Assembly (NCBI GenBank): GCA_964658305.1
Contig: OZ210885.1
Coordinates: 6,076,001 to 6,140,000, forward strand
DNA length: 64,000 nt
From: Leptogorgia sarmentosa
Taxonomy: Eukaryota
Direction: 5' to 3'
Below are positions 1 through 13,631 of the stretch, in pieces. Under the pieces are notes generated by a model. That model searched no databases. It was not told where the DNA came from and saw only the letters and a list, made by a program, of their open reading frames with translations. Made by a program: the position numbers and the translations under genes. How positions within the stretch are numbered: position 1 is the first letter of the stretch; every line of letters begins with the position of its first letter.

Positions 1-59
1 CACAAATTTCATTACCCCATATCTCATTCAATAAAGAAAAAAAGAGAGAAACCTGAAAA

Positions 60-330
60 GAGAAACCCTGCACAACCATTGCCCCCAGAGCGTCCTGAGA
101 GCTGGTGTCAGTATAAGCAAGCCCTTGCAAACAATACAAGGTTATAAAAGCAGGACCGGGTCTTCCTGACAACATTATTGCCCTAATCAAGTCTACCTGT
201 CTCAGACTAAGTAATGATGACCTGCTAATGAATGGTATTGGCAAATATTTTGAAGTTGTAATAGAATACTGGAGGAAGCGCACACGGAAAAAGAGTGAAG
301 CCAATAACATGACAGCAAATACTCCGTCCT
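60..330 (+). pseudogene. DNA transposase C-terminal remnant (Kolobok/'Mutator-like' type)
   Basis: Translation ..PESWCQYKQALAN..GPGLPDNIIALIK..RLSNDDLL resembles the SWC..LP..IK..LS..LL segment of these transposases; contains stops. Confidence 0.35.
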
Positions 331-3300
331 CATGGTAGGCACCACTGACCAACCGCGATCCTGAGCATCCAAGGATGGAAATCACCCCCGTGGTTATTGC
401 CGCCGTTAATAGCCTGTTGACATGCTTGTTTAGTTTTTTTTATCGTCAAACTGCCAGTAGCAAACCTTTGCAGTCGACAATTTTCTACAAAAATGCCTTG
501 TTTTTGCCTTTTTCGTGAATGCAAGAACTTTCAAAAGAAAAATGTTTCTTCTCACCAGTAAGAATTTCAATTTATTTTGTCAATAAACAGAAAATTACAA
601 TGTTATCAATCCAAAAGTTTCATTCACACACAAGCGGCAACTGCGAACATGGCGGTGTAACATGGAAAACGAATGGAGGCTTGAAGCTGCCGTCACTCGG
701 GCTAATTAAAATGTGTGAGAAAACCGAGAAGTGCATTATGAGGATGCTGAATGCAAATGGGGAAGATGAGAAATGCAACAATGCATGATAAGGCAGTACG
801 TAAACAGTTTTCAAAACTTGTACTATTCAAACACCAGTAGTTTTCTGTGAAGCCTAGGCACATTGGTGCTTTCAATGACAAGGTCCTATTAATACAATGT
901 TATCACTGGTTCGAACCGTGAAATCTATACAAAGATTTTTATTATGCAAAGTATTTTTATTTCTTTCAAACTGAATCAATGATTTCATTTAACACGTTTA
1001 CCCAAAGTGTATTCGATAATTGATATCATTCTCATTAAAAAAAGTTAAAAAACACCAGTCGTATTTGAGTTTAAAAACACCAGTTATATAGATATACATA
1101 TATATATATTGTATTTTTGAGAACAACGCCTGGCAACTTTTGTTGTGTTTCGAGATGTAAAGTGAGTGCATTACTAACAATGCACCGAGTTGTCAATGAG
1201 ACCTGCACATTTCATATGTGTTCGAGGATTGACAAAGAAATGAATGGTGTTTGTTTATACTAAAGGCTGCGTGCACAATGACATTTTTGTGATGCATGAG
1301 ATGTGTGCATTATATCAATTATTATGAACTTGCATTTATATGTGTTTATTGAATATATGTTTAACTGGCGTTGTACAGAATATGTACTTATATAACCAAC
1401 TGAATGTCCTTAAAAGCTCCCATATTCCTGTGACGTTCGGATTTTGTACTACTGATAAGTACTATTATAGACTGGATACTATGAATAAATGATGTCATTT
1501 CCATAGTTGCTGGAGCGACAAAGAAAAAATACTTCTCAGATAATTTTTTAAAAGCTAATACCTAATTAAAAATTTTCAGCTAGTAACTGATTTTAAAAAG
1601 GTCCAAAATTTGACACATTTGTTTATCCAATCTCATTAGTCTCATTTATAACAGTCCAGCTTCAAAATTGGATTACATGCAAAAACCACAGGTTCCAGTC
1701 TTAGTATATATCAGTGTTTTCTACCTGCAGGGGTAGAAAAATCCTGGATTATGGGACGAATATCAACAGAATTGATATCATTTGCAAAAAAATTATGTAT
1801 ATATTTTGTTATTATGTATTTTGTATGTATATAGGTGTTGATAAAGTAGTTGAAACAGATACATGAAATGTACAGCCATGTAATTATATAGGATGAGTTA
1901 CAGTTAATATTTATATAGAGGCCAGCCAGGCATTCTTTCTTCAATGAAAACTATCAACTCTAAAAGTTGGATTCCCCTAATGCCGAGTAAGTGTTCGACA
2001 TATCCAAGTACGCACGATCACGTTAGTAGCTGATCATGTGCCTGATAAATTATTGTTTTTTATATATAGTTCCAAGGCCGTGAAATTTTGCAGAACCATG
2101 AACATGTGAAACACACTTATCAAATCCTGGTTGTTGTTGTTTTGTTTCTGTACGATGGATGCATGGAAAAAGGTTAAAGTCTCAAGACAGATTTACATGC
2201 ATTGTGATCCATACAATCCACCATTATGATGCTATACCATCACGATACATATTGCCATTATGGACTGTAGCTATATATGCTATCATGTCAAGAGAAGGGA
2301 AAAGTACCCTCATTTTCAATTCATGGATACACGAAAGGAATTCAAGAGAGAGCTCCGCCGTGATCCATACAATCCACCATTATGATACCTATTACAGATT
2401 ATAAGGAGTTCCAAAAGAGAGCTCCAGAATCTACCGATCATTGTGCTACGCTTTTCATGAAAGGACAAAGGTGTTCACAGCATGTCCGTCTATTACGACA
2501 TGAATATCCGGAGCAAATTTCATGGTACTTGGATCGTCACGTAAAATTATTTTATAACGCTTCGCACCTAACTGAGTATATAGTAATTGCAAAAGACTTA
2601 ATTCTAACTTCTGTTTTATCTAATTAATTAAGCAGTTTTTCTTTATTTACTTCTAATGAACTCCAAATAGAGGTACGAAGTTTTTTGAGTTAGGGGATGA
2701 CTTTATTCATTGTATAAATCAATAGTACACTATTCATTGTATGAGTAATTAGAACCAATATATACCTTTGTTTTTTTCGATTTCATTTTTATATTTTCAT
2801 GGTTTTCCTTCCTAGGTATACACAAGTGTTCATTATGAACCAAAATGGGCTGCCCTCGTGCAGCTAGCTTTGCTTTCAACAACTATCATGGTGGTGATTC
2901 TGTTCAGTTTATTTTCAAAGTGCGACTGACAGAGTACTGAAGTGTTGAGGGATTACACGAGAGTTAACGTTTACATTTTACTTTTATTCTGTAGATATAT
3001 TCAATGTTAAACCAGTATTTTACATGTATTTTGAGCACATTATGACCCAGTGGAACCAAGTTACAGATCGAACATTGGTGAGGCTGGTGCAACTACTGTA
3101 GAAGGTAAAATGCTGTAATACCATTATTGTCCATCAAAAGTCTTAACATGATCAAATACAATAAGTATATGCTTTTTACTCATTCAAAGTATGCACCTAC
3201 TATGGCATCCACATCAGAATTAGTTGCAGTTGCTTTCAAGAGTATATAGCATGCGCCACAGAGCTATAAATTTCAATCTAGTGGGAAGTAACAGTTCGGC

Positions 3301-4876
3301 CTCAAATTGCACACTTCGTTTCGCGCTCTTTTTCATTTTTAAAAACACTTGCAAAACTAAATAAACAAAACATAAGTGTTTATATATATAAAACATATTA
3401 AATGAATAATATTAAGGTATTTTACAGCAGTTATGTCTTTTCTTAACAATGAAGGAGTTGGTAACTTAATAAACATATAATATGTATTTTATATATTGTT
3501 TGCTTCTTTATCCTTTATAGATGTCAAAAAACAATATGGAAAAATTGATAATGGAAAAAAATGGTATGTCCCCACTCTGTCAATATGTATTTCTATATTT
3601 TCTGAGTTAAAATAAGAAATATTTGGTAATTTCGATAAAGAAATTGTGATAGCTATATATGAAGGTTTTAAAATATTTATTTCGTTCTCATATGTGTTTG
3701 CAGAGGCGAAGGATGGCAATGTAGTGGTTGAAGACGATATAACTGAAACGAAACAAGGTTAATTTATAGAGCAGGTTCATCTGCGAATTAGTTGTGTACA
3801 ACTGGTCTTTTGCTCTGTGCTGAACTGAAGAAAATAGACAATATGACTTTTTTATACTGCAAATGCTTGTGTTGAAAAGAAAACAAAAATGCCTGTCAAC
3901 ACCTTGCAGAATTAAACCCCAATATTAATAGTGTTGTTTTCCATTTCTCAGCGCAAACATTTAATAAACCCTACTGCCCACTTAGTACATAAAGGGTAAA
4001 TTCCATTGTCTCAGGGTCTGAACAGTTCATAATTTTGATTTCTATTGTATTTTTTTTGCTCATGAATTCCAGTGCTTGAAACCCCATTTTTCACAGCTTA
4101 CTCTATATAAACGTTATCTTATTTCACTCTTTTCTGCATATTTTTAGATGCAAAGTCAGGCACAGAGCAAAGTATGTTTACATGGCAGCTTTATGTATCT
4201 AGGATAATAACATATATTATATAAAGTGTTTACTAATTGGGTTCTGGTTCACAAGTTGAAACAGTAATGACAAGTGCTGCATGTTTCGTGACCTATGCTT
4301 TGGTTGTGTTTATTTAGATCAGGAACAGAAGAAACCCTCCTCCCCCCCCCCCCCCCCCCCCCCCCCACCATTTAAAGGTACTTTTGCAAGTATATAGAAT
4401 GATGCAAAAAGAAAATTTGAAAATTCTGTTACCTTTGTTCACAATTTTATTCAAAATTTTATAAACTGCTTCATTTAGGAAAATGCCACAAAACATTTTG
4501 GCTTTATTCTTCAATTTTCGTCATTATAATAAACTTTCCTGTATTAATTTTACAGCATACGATCATGACAGAAACAGTAAGTTCAGAGATTGTTTGTATT
4601 GTACTAAGAACATATAAATCATAAAGTGACTTTATATGCTTCTTACTTTATTGTTTATCATTCTGTCTTGTAGGGAAGATGCTATGTGTGTAACAAGCCA
4701 GGCCATATTGCCAAACAATGCTGGCAACAGAAAAAGAAAGAAGGGCCTTAAACCTAAACAACTGCACAGGTTGCATGTTTACGTTTGGAACCAATATAAC
4801 CAATGAAAACTAGACAAATTCATGCACCAACAAGATGTGCACAACCTGGTTGAACATGCACTTAGGTAAATTGGTT

Positions 4877-7652
4877 TTACGCAACGCTAAAGGCATGTAA
4901 CTCCGTCTTTAGTGGACGTATGTGTAACAGATAGTAACATCTAGAGATTCTGACAGCGTTCAATGATGGTAGTTCATTCACGATTGTGTTCCAGTCCTTC
5001 AGCAAATCGCCATGTAGAGGTTCATCCCAATCCTTCTCTACTCGACAAATAACTTGGAACAAATACTTCACATCTTCACCACAAACGGAGATAGCATTCC
5101 AAGGGGTTTAAAAATTTTTGCAGTCAGTTTCAATAACGATCGTTTGGTTATTGGGAGGTCCTTGGCGAAGTTAATAAGATCTGAAATGTTAAAACACAGA
5201 TCATTGGATTCACAGTTCCAACTAACCCCAAGTAACTTGACAGTTTTCGCATCGTTAGTCTCATTCGCCCGACCAATCGTTGACTTCGTATAGGTTTCGT
5301 CTTCTTCCTGTATTGTATCAGCTTTTTCTTCGCGATTACTCCTTTTGCATTCGTTCTTGGCACTGACTTCTGTTTCTGCAATCTTATTCATAAATTCTGC
5401 CGAGTTCGACTGCCACTTCCTCATGTTGAAATTTCCTTCCGCCATCACTTTCTTTGCTACCTTGTACAGCCAAATCTGTTATCGAGATCCTCTGCACCTG
5501 ATATCAAATTGTCAACATAAAGAGAGTCTCTGACATGTTGCACAATAGTTGGATAGACATCCTTGTATTTGTTTAAATGCTCACGGATCATTGAATTTAG
5601 AATCGCGGGTGATGGACGCAGTCCAAAGACCAATCTGGTAAATCGGAGATGAATAACTTCACTGTTTGGATTAGGGGGCTCTTCAAATCAGAGGAAGCGC
5701 AGCATATCTCGATCACCTTCGTGGACGTTTATTAAAAACGCCTTCTCGATATCCGCTGACAATCCCACGGGATGATTTCAAAACTGTACCAATACATCTA
5801 GTAACTTTGGGATAAGAGGACCAAAATTAGGACCAGGGTACAAGCAATCAATGATGGACAATTCCCCTTCACCAGGCATTGCTGAACCATTGTAGACCAC
5901 TCTCAATTTTGTAGTTTGTTCATCCTTACGCACCACTCCGTGATGAGGCATATAGTGGACATTTTCCGAGCGATTTATCTCTTGTTGAGGGATTTTCTCA
6001 ATTATACCTGCATCTAATTGATCCTTGATTATCTTGTCGTACTCCGTCAATAGGTCACGGTCGTGTAGTAATCTTCGCTGCAGAGCTAATACACACCTAT
6101 AAGTGAGATTGTAGTGATCTGAAGGCCGGTTTTCCTTCCATGGCAAAGTGATCTTGTACCGACCGCCCTTGTATGACACGTTCGTGACGAAGCATTCGTT
6201 GTTATCTGGACAAGTAGCCTCTTGAATCCCAATTGATTCCATGTCCCAGAACCTTTCGATGGTTTTAACCAAGTTGGTCTCATCAGTATCAATGCTGTAT
6301 GCTTCAGCGGGTCGTGAAATTATCAGATTAGAATGAGTATCCAGGTTATTTGACGCCCCATTGGCGGTGGCTCATTTCCCTGGTGACAATATCCCAGTAA
6401 TGGTCGGACCCAATCAACAGAGCCATCTGTTTGCTCCCAGTCGTCGGCAAGTGCTAACCCTTCTAAATGTCGACAGTCAATGTTGAACACAAGACAGGGA
6501 AACTGAGAGCATTGATAGTGACAGTTTTATCAAAACCCGGCTTTTTCAGACTAAACTCCACCACTTCACAGTTCTGCGTTTTATATTTTGATTTGCCAAA
6601 GGTGTTCAACTTTTCTTTACTCTGAGATGCCAAGCCTAATTTCGCACGAACGTTGTCAGTGACATATGATCTCTGACTCCCATTGTCAAACAGCACTCTA
6701 ACAGGGATCGACCGACTATTTTCTTCATTATACACAACGGCTCGAGCTGTTTGTAAAAGAACTGTTCTCAACTTATTGTTCAAGCTACTAGTTGTGACAC
6801 TTGTCGTAGTTACTCGATTGCTGTCGTCTATGCGTTCCTTGGTGGATCCCTTTGGTAGGTCGGGGGTGGAGGTTTTCGCATTGGGGGCTCGATCACAAAT
6901 GGATTGATGATGTTTACCACTACAGTGTCGACAGTTCTTTGCTGAGTTGCATTCTCTTGATTTGTGGTTGGTTTTCAGACAAACGAAACAACGACCCGCC
7001 TTTGCAGTATTTCCTTGCGATCCTTTGCTTGAGGAATATCCGTGCATGATGGTGAGTAATGTTCGGAATTGCAATAGACACAATGTGGCTTGTAATCACC
7101 AGTGAATAGTGAGTTCGCTGTCAGAATTTCAGGTTTTGGGCGAAATTTTCCATTGGACTGTCTGTTCACCTGACTAAGCTCGCTTGATTCTCTGGCTGCT
7201 ACTTCTCTTTCGATTACTTCCAACAATTCATCAATCTTCCACACTTCGCTAGTAGCCTTCCTTGCCACATGCAATCGAATCTCAGTGGGTGATTTTCCAT
7301 TATGACCGGTATTAATAGGCTCCCATACTGATCAGCGGAGACTCCCAGCGATGCCGGTCCGCGAATGTGCACACTGATCTTGTCATAGACATAACGAAGC
7401 GATGATATACGATCATTCGTGCAAGCGGGTAACTTTAAAAGCTCATCCATATGACTTGTTATAACTTGCTGAGTTCTCCCAAATCGTTTGCACAATATCT
7501 CAACTGCCGAATTGTAGTTGTAAGCAGTCAGAGATAGGCCCTGTATTGATCTGGCTGCCACACCCTCAAGCAGGGAATTTAAATAGTTGAACTTGTCAAT
7601 AGTAGATAGGACAGGGTTTTCATGCACGGCAGTTTTGCATGAGTCCCAAAAT
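4877..7652 (-). mobile_element. Degraded BEL/Pao LTR retrotransposon gag-pol (gag, zinc knuckles, protease, RT, start of RNase H)
   Basis: DKFNYLNSLL gag segment; CFVCLKTNHKSREC / CRHCSGKHHQSIC knuckles; VLFDNGSQRSY protease; YMPHHGVVRKDEQTTKLRVVY RT; NMRKWQSNS, WDEPL, ELHAFS; multiple frameshifts. Confidence 0.92.
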
Positions 7653-8862
7653 GATGCTATTCATTTGCAGACGGCTCAGGCGATGTTGGTTGGACAGAAA
7701 AGTGGGAGAGTATTGTTCGACTTGGGGAGTCAGAGATCTTTTGTTACTGTTAAAACGGCTAGAGCATTGGGTTGTACGGTTATACGAAGGGAGGTTTTGC
7801 ATGTTGGGACGTTTGGGCAAAGAGGTTTAAATTCGGAGATGAGAGAGGTTGTGAGGTTGGATTTGAAGTCTTTGTATGGCAGTGAGGTTGTGTCGGTGGG
7901 AGCGTATGTAGTGCCAGAAATTTCGTTCATCAGGAATCAACATTTGGAGGTTGTAAGGGATAATTATGCACATCTGAAGAGTCTTTGGTTGTCTGATGTT
8001 TGTATGTCAAGTGAGGAGTTGGAAGTTGATGTCCCCGTAGGTGCTGATTATATCTGTGGTTGTTTCAAAGGGATCGCATTTTGCGTGGTGGTCCTGGCAA
8101 CCCTGTGGCGATTGAGACTGTGTTAGGTTGGGTGGTATCAGGGCCCGTTGGCGACAGCAAGGTGGATGAGGTGAAAAGTGCTCAAGTGAATCTTGTGACT
8201 GGTGAAGTTGATGGCTCAGGTATGGCTGCTGTGGACCGGTTTTGGGATTTGGAAAGTATAGGTATCAAGGCTGACAGTACTGATGTGCATGAAACTGTAA
8301 TAAGTGATTTGAAATTTAACGGTCAACGTTATTCAGTTGGGTTACCCTGGAAGGAGGGGTCAGATAAAGCGACTTAGTAAGGACCCAGGGTTATTAGGTG
8401 AGTATGACTCAATAATCAAGGCTCAAGAAGAAGCAGGTATCATCGAAAGAGTAGGTTCGTCAAAACTTGTAAGCCCTGTATCTAAGGTTCATTATATTCC
8501 TCATCAAGCCGTTGTTCGTAAAGATGCAAAAACCACGAAAGTTAGGATTGTTTACGACGCAAGTGCCGAAACGCAAAAGTCTGGTGTTTCCTTAAATGAT
8601 TGCCTGCATGCTGGGCCCTCTCTTAATCCTCTTTTGTTTGATATTCTACTCAGTTTTCAAGAGCAAAAGATAGCTCTAGTTGCGGATATAGATAAAGCAT
8701 TTTTGAACATAGAAGTGCACGAGAGCGACCAAGATTTTTACGGGTTCACCAGGGTTGTATTTGGGGTAAATTCATCGCCATTGTTGCTAAATGCCACATT
8801 GAGGCATCACATCAATAAGTATGCACCGAATGACGCCAAATTTTGTGATAAAATGGTACGAA
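7653..8862 (+). mobile_element. Second, different BEL/Pao fragment (protease-RT) in opposite orientation
   Basis: LQTA..VLFDLGSQRSF, FWDLESIGI, YIPHQAVVRKDAKTTKVRIVYDAS, ADIDKAFL, FTRVVFGVNSSP; frameshifts and deletions. Confidence 0.9.
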
Positions 8863-9000
8863 GTTCACCCGTTTCGTCCATTCTAAATGGGTAATAGGCA
8901 CACTTCTAAAATTTAGAATGCAGGATATAACCATCTCAGGTTGTTACCTAAGCTACCGGTGCCGCTAATTGCAGTCCCATGTTTTGAATGAAAAGTAAAA

Positions 9001-9635
9001 ATGGCGTCTAGAAGGGGTGGATATCGTGTGAAACACTACGACTGGAAAACTCTATTTCCTCAAATAGGGTAGGTTTATTTCAGGAAGAAACATCTCTTCG
9101 TGTCAGTAATTTTTTGCCGAATAATAGCGAAGAGTTTGAGGCAGACGGTGATCATCGTATAGAATCTATAGACGAAGAAGAAGAGTTAAGGTCGAGATAT
9201 GAAAGGAGGATAAATGAAGGCGAGTGTTGGAAGTCTTTACAAGATAAGCTTGTTAAAACCTATATTGAAGTTCCTGCTATGCTACCCGACCAATGTTGTG
9301 TAAAATGTGTTGAAGAGAGACGGTCACAGGCGCAAATAGCAATTCGTCTCTCTAGACAAATTACCAAGGTCACTAACAAAATGAAGCTTACCATAGAGAA
9401 ATGCAATGCAACAACATTCTCTTGGCATTACATTAATGGATTGCCAGAACGCATGACGTTTGATCAGGTTAATGATCCGCAGTCTGAACTGTTTTCCTAT
9501 CTCGACTCAGATGAAATCTGTGACCCAGTTGAGGCTTCAATTCAAATACCAATGTACAGCAAGCGAAAAGCCATTGATCTACATCTTTTTTTGAAACGGT
9601 GTGAGGAGGAGGAACAGCTTTTAGCTGTTCCGTGA
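9001..9635 (+). pseudogene. Internally deleted transposase-like ORF, possibly KDZ/CxC type
   Basis: N-terminal YERR..W..L segment joined to QIAIRLSRQITK C-terminal segment; upstream near-palindrome TTCTAAAATTTAGAA (8904-8918). Confidence 0.3.
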
Positions 9636-9818
9636 CCCATTTGCCATAAGCTACCTCTAAATACAGGCATACCGTGCCCTTGCTGCTGAGCCTGGTAATA
9701 CGATACGTAAGGATTATGCATTATGTAAAATAAGTGTGCTTTCTAAAGTGAAGTGTCACCACCACCTTTCCGCTCTCAAATGGCACGGGATTGCCTGTGT
9801 CAATCCTTAAAAGAATTT

Positions 9819-10067
9819 CTACATTCTCAAAGGACTTTGCTTGCACCGGAACGTGTCATCTTGCTTGATTATTGGTTCATCTTCAGCGGGTTGTGGCTCG
9901 ACGGTTATAATTTGATCATAGTTTTTAATGGTTTTACTGTTATAGCCCATCTGTGAATGTCCCTCCAAATTAAGATCATTTCGACCGAAACTTATACCAA
10001 TTTTAAACATTTCCAGTCTGTTGTGATTTTTGTCGATTTTCGGATTCTTACTAGCAGAGTGACCCAT
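9819..10067 (-). CDS. Small Polinton-associated protein with N-myristoylation consensus (copy 1)
   Basis: MGHSASK..MFKIGISFGRNDLNLEGHSQMGYNSKTIKNY; homologs at 24296 and 31250. Confidence 0.55.
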   Translation of the reverse strand: MGHSASKNPKIDKNHNRLEMFKIGISFGRNDLNLEGHSQMGYNSKTIKNYDQIITVEPQPAEDEPIIKQDDTFRCKQSPLRM

Positions 10068-10321
10068 TTGATACTCGGACATGAGCAGGTTTGCTCTCAA
10101 ACACCTTTTGGTATTTGACAAGCAAAGATGTCCTCCTTTATAGACATTGACAATCTAGAATTAGTTTTACATCATCATCAGCAAGATTTGATTAAAAAAC
10201 ATTTAAAACTTTCCGCACAGGAAATTGCGCCATTTATAACTCAAATAACCACCAAAAAATGTGTGTTGTAAAAGTGGACATTTGTCTTAAACGCATCATG
10301 ACTGCATTACAATGAAAAGGA

Positions 10322-11091
10322 ATGAACGGTTATATCGCTACTTTGACCTTGCCTTGGAAAGGGCGTCACCAATAAAAATCAAGGATGCTTACGTTCAGAT
10401 TGATGTAAACATCGAAAATTGGAAAACTGTGTTTTGTACAGAACAAAGATGGTTGTTGATGGAAAAATGAGAAGTTTTTCATTTGCTTTGAATGATGGAT
10501 TATTCTATCGTTGCAATAGAGTTTGAAGCTGAAGAGGTACCGTTTTGGGGAAATGATCTTTCCGTAAGGGAGATGATTGAAAAAATTACAGTTTATCAAA
10601 CCAAGTATCGATCAAGATTCACACGGATTGTTAGACATCTGTTTAATAAAAAATGTGCATAAATTAATTCTTAATTCAAACGATGCGGGTAAATTTAGCA
10701 AAAAGGACTAAATTACCTGTTTTAAAGGGGAACTTTACACGTATGCTGAACCTCAGGGTTTAGAAGCAAAAGTACAGTTATTAATACAATGATTTACTGA
10801 GTTGTTCTGTTAAAAAGGACAATTATAAATTGTTTAAGGCATGTGGTTTTTTGGTGTTCGAACTTTTGGACTTGCATCCTTTTAGCGACGGTAATGGTAG
10901 ATTATGTCGACTACTGGCCAATCACATTTTATCAACTGTAACTCCATTTCCAACATCAATTTATATTGGTGATTCAAATGAATTCATACAGCGTTTGATA
11001 AATGCAAGAGCCGACATCCTAAAGATTTAACAAGAATGATCATTGAATGTAATTACTATGAATGGAAACGGTTTTTGGAATTAAAAATGTA
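10322..11091 (+). pseudogene. Fic-domain protein, frameshifted
   Basis: Canonical Fic motif HPFSDGNGRLCR in ORF 10830-11030. Confidence 0.8.
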
Positions 11092-11200
11092 ATTAAAACA
11101 CTTGCCTAATAATTAACTTTTATCCCCTGTATTTGAGACCACCTCATGACATAGGTTTATGCGGGAAAGTCTGTAAGAAGTATATATTTGTGCAAAATGT

Positions 11201-11810
11201 TTGTCCTCCAAGTATATTTGTGTCAAATGTTCATCCTGTTTAATCATTGGTGGCTCCTTTGGCCATCAATGTCTCGAAAGACGTGAATTCAGCTTACTTG
11301 ATTGTGACAGAACGGATTTGTCAGTATTCCCCGAGTTTGCTACTGTGCAACGATGGGTAAAGGACATCGACGTATCACACAACAACATCACCGCCATCAA
11401 CATATCCGTGATTCTGAAAACATTTCCGAACCTGGTAGCGATCAATCTCCGTTATAACCCTATAACATGCATCACTGGTCCACCCCCGATAATAATAGAC
11501 AGCGACTGTCCCTTTTCATCAACAGTTTCTTTTACAACACACCAGAAATCAATACCCAAAACCACTAGTTCCTCGACTACTTCAACCTCCATCCCCACAA
11601 CAGTCCCCATTGGTAGTAATAAATCAACTTGTTTGGTGTTCATTATCGTCCCTGTGTGAGTCATTTGTGTCCTGTTTGTTTATCGCGCAAAACGCCGCCC
11701 AGCTCGTCCACCCAACTCATTCGCATTGGTAAACCTCAACGGATCCTCCGAGACTTTCGGCTCATTCTCATCCAGCGATAGTGAAAACACTTCGTATACT
11801 CGCAATTTAT
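11201..11810 (+). pseudogene. LRR / Thr-rich stalk / transmembrane protein (copy 1)
   Basis: LDC..VKDIDVSHNNI..FPNLVAINLRYNPITC, Thr/Ser/Pro stalk, hydrophobic LVFIIVPV*VICVLFVY followed by RAKRR; the stop is TGC in the copy near 31775. Confidence 0.7.
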
Positions 11811-11853
11811 AACTTTTTTTTATATAAGGTTGATACGGTTCTACATGATTTAT

Positions 11854-11975
11854 CAACATTGTATTGGGGGTAAGAGGGGGAAAAGTGTTTTGGTTGGATT
11901 AATTCATTAAAAACGCATCTGATTTTGCTTTGCACACGCGGTGTCCACGATAATTTTTGCCAGGATTGTCTGAAA
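11854..11975. repeat. Bipartite repeat arm A (CAACATTGTATTGGGG ... TTTTTGCCAGGATTGT-CTGAAA)
   Basis: Near-identical direct copy at 16231-16346; imperfect inverted copy at 15479-16188. Confidence 0.85.
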
Positions 11976-12251
11976 TTATCGCATATGATTAACGGATCGA
12001 TTTTGTGAATTTCATGGCTCGTAGTAAGGATAAAATGATTAAAATCGGTTCTCTGTTTATCAAAGGATGCAGTTAATCAGTTTAATGTAGCTTTTTACTA
12101 TTTGATGTATGGTGTCACCACTCACTTATCACATCAAAGGTGGTTTGATTGGTTTCTTATGATATTACATTTCATTCAGTTGTCTGGATTTATCGAACTT
12201 AGACGGCAACTTGTCAGGGCAATATTCTGGCATAACAAATTATTGAACAGT

Positions 12252-13631
12252 ATGGAGAACGATGATGCCTTGCAAATTATCGAAACAGTGAGAAATGTTC
12301 AGCCGAGAAATGCGAGATTTGTTTATCTCATAACTTAAAGCCAAGCGGATCTATCTTTAGTTCCTGAGCGTGGGGCATTCGTGCTATTGGTTACACATGC
12401 TTTTCAAATTGCAGATCCTTCATTAGTTTGTAACATTTTGAACTGGGTCTGCAGCATGGAGCATCATAGTGATGGCGGAATTCACTATCATATGGCTGTC
12501 AAGCTTGAATCTCGGCGACGTTGGTTGAAATTTAGAAATTACCTCGACTCTAACCATGGTATCAAGGTAAATTTCAGCGGAGTTCATGTAGATTATTATT
12601 CTGCTTGGCTTTATGCTACAAAAGACGACAAAGAATATATACAGTCTCAGGAATCATCCTGATTTAACAAATTGCGATTTCCCAGTCACAACGAATGCTG
12701 GTTTGTGCGTGCAAAATAACGCTGTAGACAATGAATCTACTCCTGTTGCAGAATCCGCAGATGGCCGCAAACGAAAATGCAAGAGGATGAGCATTTTTGA
12801 TGTGTCACAGCTCGCAGTTTCCAAAATACGAACCTGGCTCGAACTTGTTGCCCTGGCGAATGAGCAAAAGAGAGAAGGAAAAAGCGATTTGGCCCAGTTC
12901 ATTGCAAATCGAGGATCAGAAGCAGTAGAGGAAGCTTTAACCGTTGCCTGGGAGTTGGAAGAGGCGAAGAAAAGGCTGGAAAGGCCCAAACTTACCTGAA
13001 TCGAGGTTCTGGGCAAAAAGTTGGAAGAGGAATGTGTGGATGGGTGGGTGCCTAGGTAAATGGTTAGTGATGGCCATTGACATCCTGAACAGAAACGGTA
13101 TCGATGTTACGGTATTTGCGGAGGCAGTACGCATATTGTTAGAGAAAGGTCGTGGAAAATACCACAACATTTATCTCAAGGGCCCAACAAATTGCGGTAA
13201 GACATTTCTGCTAGACCCACTTAACGTAATTTACAACACATTCAGCAATCTGCAATCCTGCTACCACTACTTTTGCCTGGGTTGGAGCTGAAGCTGCACA
13301 CGTCATTTTCCTGAATGATTTCAGATGGTCCAAGCAAATTATACCATGGCATGATCTTTTACTCATGCTAGAGAGTCAGTTAGTTCATTTACCAGCCCCT
13401 AAAAGTCATTATAGCAAGGACGCGACTCTGTCCAGTGATGTGCCACTATTTTGTACAGCGAAAGAAGAAATCAGTTTCGTGCAAGGAGGTGTTTTGGATG
13501 CTAGGGAGACGGAGATGATGAGAGTCCGGTGGAATGCTTTCAGTCTTCACTGGGAAATTCCTAGGGAAGAGCAAGTAGAGGTTGCGCCATGCCCCAGATG
13601 CTTCGCTGAACTAATTTTGCAGGCGCAATAG
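12252..13631 (+). pseudogene. rep: Rolling-circle Rep (HUH endonuclease + SF3 helicase), CRESS/parvovirus NS1-like, frameshifted
   Basis: Motif I VYLIT*SQAD, motif II HYHM, motif III YATK, Walker A GPTNCGKT, Walker B VIFLNDF, C-terminal MMRVRW. Confidence 0.85.

Noticed and set aside
4314..4514. Poly-Gly ORF
   Set aside because: Produced by a poly-C run at about 4342-4367.
12252..13631. Rep as a Helitron/Helentron RepHel mobilising the HINEs
   Set aside because: The helicase is SF3 type and the protein is only ~450 aa; Helitrons use a much larger HUH + PIF1 (SF1) protein.
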